Origin: Eukaryota sp. GEM-RC1
Taxonomy: Eukaryota
DNA length: 64,000 bases
Reading direction: 5' to 3'
Assembly: GCA_040285855.1 (NCBI GenBank)
Contig: JAUFOQ010000004.1
Location: forward strand, 1,922,001 to 1,986,000
The notes beneath the pieces were generated by a model. That model ran no database searches, was not told where the DNA came from, and saw nothing but the letters and a program-made list of their open reading frames with translations. Each line of letters opens with the position of its first letter. The stretch's first letter is position 1. This document shows, piece by piece, positions 61,500 to 64,000 of this stretch. The position numbers and the translations under genes were made by a program.

Positions 61500-62605
61500 A
61501 AGAAATTCAGTATATCTCTTGATTCGATTAAAGAATATATACGGTAACGTAAGATAGATACAATATAAGAAACTGACTTGTAGAACTAGCAGGTTAAGGG
61601 GGAGAATTTGATAGAAACCTACAGCATTGTATTCCCGTTTCACATCAAATAATGACCTCCTATTTACATTGTGCGATATAACCCAATTTAAAGTAGAAGG
61701 AGTTAATCGAGAGATTTTAACCGACTCAGGATTGATGAAGAAGCGATATGAGAAACACAGCTTTTGAATAGGATACAGTAGAGTTTTTTTTAAAAAATAA
61801 GGTCACTAAAACTTTGCTTCATGACACTAGGACATGATCGTGGTCACATTGAGAATACGAAGTACACTATCAACAATATTTGACCAATCTATATGTTGAG
61901 ATGAGCCAAAAATAGTCCAATGCATTGCGGTTTCCTCTACCGGTAAGTGGTTGGAGAAAGAAGAAGATGAATACATGCATCAAACTGTATAAGAAGCAAC
62001 TGAGAGTTACTAAAGGAGATGGTATTATTCCAAACAAGAGTAGAATTTCGGTAGCGAACTCCTGGTCAAAGTGACTAAAACAGAAAACAGGAAAATTGAG
62101 AATCTAGTGGAGAACAACTCAAGTTTCAGATACTCAAAGAGACAAATCATAGAGATCTTGTTCAGAGATCGTACGTACGTAGAATTGAATATGTTAAGGA
62201 AAGAACTCCTTTAAACCAATGGCATGACAGTAGTGGTATTTAAACTCTTACGAGACGATTGATCTTAAAGGAGAGAAACTACGAGAGGGGAACCAAAAAA
62301 TAGGGTGTGGTTAAAAGATGATAACGCAGATGATTGGCGATAAACAAGGGTAAACTCACGTCTTAAGTTTAGCCTTTGTTTCTTTGCAGCTTAAAACAAG
62401 CGACATTGCACCAACAATACTCTCTGTTCTTTACCCTTTCTAGATGTCTAAAAAGAAAACAGTGATCCCCGGTTGAGCTAGATTGTGTATATGGGAATGT
62501 TGCAAAGAGAAGGTATCGAAGTTGGCTTATATATGGTACTATAACTGTTCGAAGAGGTATAGAAAGTGTCCGAAAGGAGACAAAATGAGGTTAGAGTTAT
62601 CCAAA

Positions 62606-64000
62606 ATGAACTCTGAAGTCTGGATTCCATCAGATCATCTAGATTTTCTGCTTAAAATGTCCCACTATCTATGTGACATTTGTCATGAAATTCTCAAGAA
62701 TCCAGTAACTACTTGGTGTGGCCACACCTTTTGCATGTCGCATTTACAGGAGTGGCTTGTTTCTCATGATGGATGTCCAATCTGCCGAGCTGAAGTGGAC
62801 AAGTCAAGGCTGTGTCCTAACTACAAGTTGAAAGAAGCTTTTGAAGCCTCCATCACTGGTCAGGGGGGAATCTGTTTGTTTTGAGTGTGAAAAAGCTGCT
62901 GCCACTTGTTATTGTGCAGAATGCGATGCCGATTTATGCGACCAATGTTTTAAGGATACTCATCGACCGAAGCTCTTCCGATCCCATGTTGCAATTCCCC
63001 TACAAAAGAAACACGTATCCATTGTGCTTAAATGTCCGATCCATACGACCAAATCCTTTAATCTCTTCTGTACTTCTTGTTCCGTTGCCCTTTGCTCAAC
63101 GTGTGCTATTGCAGACGACCATGACCAGCACAAAAAGAAGTTAATACCCTCTGATGAAGGTCGAGCCTCAGTTGAACAAAGTATCAACTCTATTAACCAG
63201 GAGTTGTTGGTAGCTGTAGAAACAGTCTCACAGTCAGCTCAAACTGCTCTTCAACAAGTAACAAATGACTTTGCCCAAATTAAAGAAAGGCTAACCTCTC
63301 TACTTGAAACAACCATGCTGGATTCTCCTGCCAATATGAATGACTTGAAATCAGAAAAACCAGTTATTTTCAAACCAAAGATCAGCCGAGACTTCATCAC
63401 CGCTTCCAAACAAATCCAAAAGCAATTAGCTGTAATCTCCTCTCTAAGTGACGAACTACTATTGGCTTTCCCTACAACTTCTGAACTTCTAGCTGCTCTT
63501 TCGGTGGATTCTAAGTATTACGTATCTTCCACTGAATCAGAAGGTGAAGAGAAGAAACTTTTTATTGATTGGATCAAACTTAACTCTGATTTGAAGAAGG
63601 TTTACGATCAGATGGTGAAGAATGAGGTTTCTAGCATCAATCTTTATAACAACTCAATTGGTTCTGAAGGCGGTATTGCAAATGCTGAAGCGTTAAAGGT
63701 AAATTCGTCTGTTTCTTCACTAGATTTACGAAACAACTCAATTGGTCCTGAAGGCGCTATTGCGATTGCTGAAGCTTTAATGGTGAATTTGTCTGTTTCT
63801 ATGATTTATCTAGATAACAACTCAATTGGTCCTGACGGCGCTATTGCAATGGCTGAAGCTTTAAAGGTGAATTCTTCTGTTTCTACGATCAGTCTAAATA
63901 ACAACTCAATTGGTAATGAAGTCGCTATTGCAATTGCTGAAGCTTTGGTGGAGAATTCGTCTGTTTCTACGATGGATCTTTACAGCAACTCAATTGGTAA
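62606..64000 (+). CDS. TRIM-like RING-Bbox1-Bbox2-coiled-coil protein with C-terminal RI-type LRRs (runs off the window)
   Basis: C3HC4-like RING CDIC..CGHTFC..H..CPIC. After a one-base shift near 62880: C..C....A..YC.EC...LC.QC...H.....H and CP.H......FC..C...LC..C....H..H, a helical segment, then NNSIG.EGA.A.AEAL.VN repeats, open to 64000. Confidence 0.85.

Noticed and set aside
61515..62300. Possible further LRR-family pseudogene
   Set aside because: Too degraded to support.
1..64000. tRNA, rRNA, spliceosomal introns
   Set aside because: None recognisable by eye. The frameshifts examined are explained by 1-7 bp indels rather than GT-AG introns.

Overview
AT-rich eukaryotic DNA with no introns evident, read with the standard code. 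It most resembles a free-living protist with a large RI-type LRR gene expansion; a metamonad-like source is inferred, not established. Intact or near-intact genes: an AEC/PIN-like transporter, RNase H1, STI1/HOP, two BiP (ER Hsp70) copies forming an inverted duplication around STI1, an NLRC3-like LRR protein and a PRAS40-like orphan. Frameshifted or decayed multidomain genes with an innate-immunity flavour: two tandem giant RING + GBP/RHD3/VLIG-type GTPase genes (one ending in Cys/His repeats + vWA, the other fused to IQ motifs + an ASPM-like tail), a RING-Bbox-Bbox-coiled-coil-LRR (TRIM-like) gene, a pseudokinase-Ubl-Ubl-Ubl-KPVIY-domain gene, an RCC1-containing giant surface protein and more LRR genes. 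Intergenic DNA is packed with transposon relics: 5'-truncated RLE-type (CRE-like) non-LTR retrotransposons of two families (one nested in the other, both TSDs visible), hAT derivatives with exact 8-bp TSDs, TA-targeting MITEs, a probable excision footprint inside a gene, and a Gypsy integrase/chromodomain remnant. Many single-base frameshifts lie in homopolymers and are probably assembly errors. All domain calls come from motif recognition by eye, not database searches.
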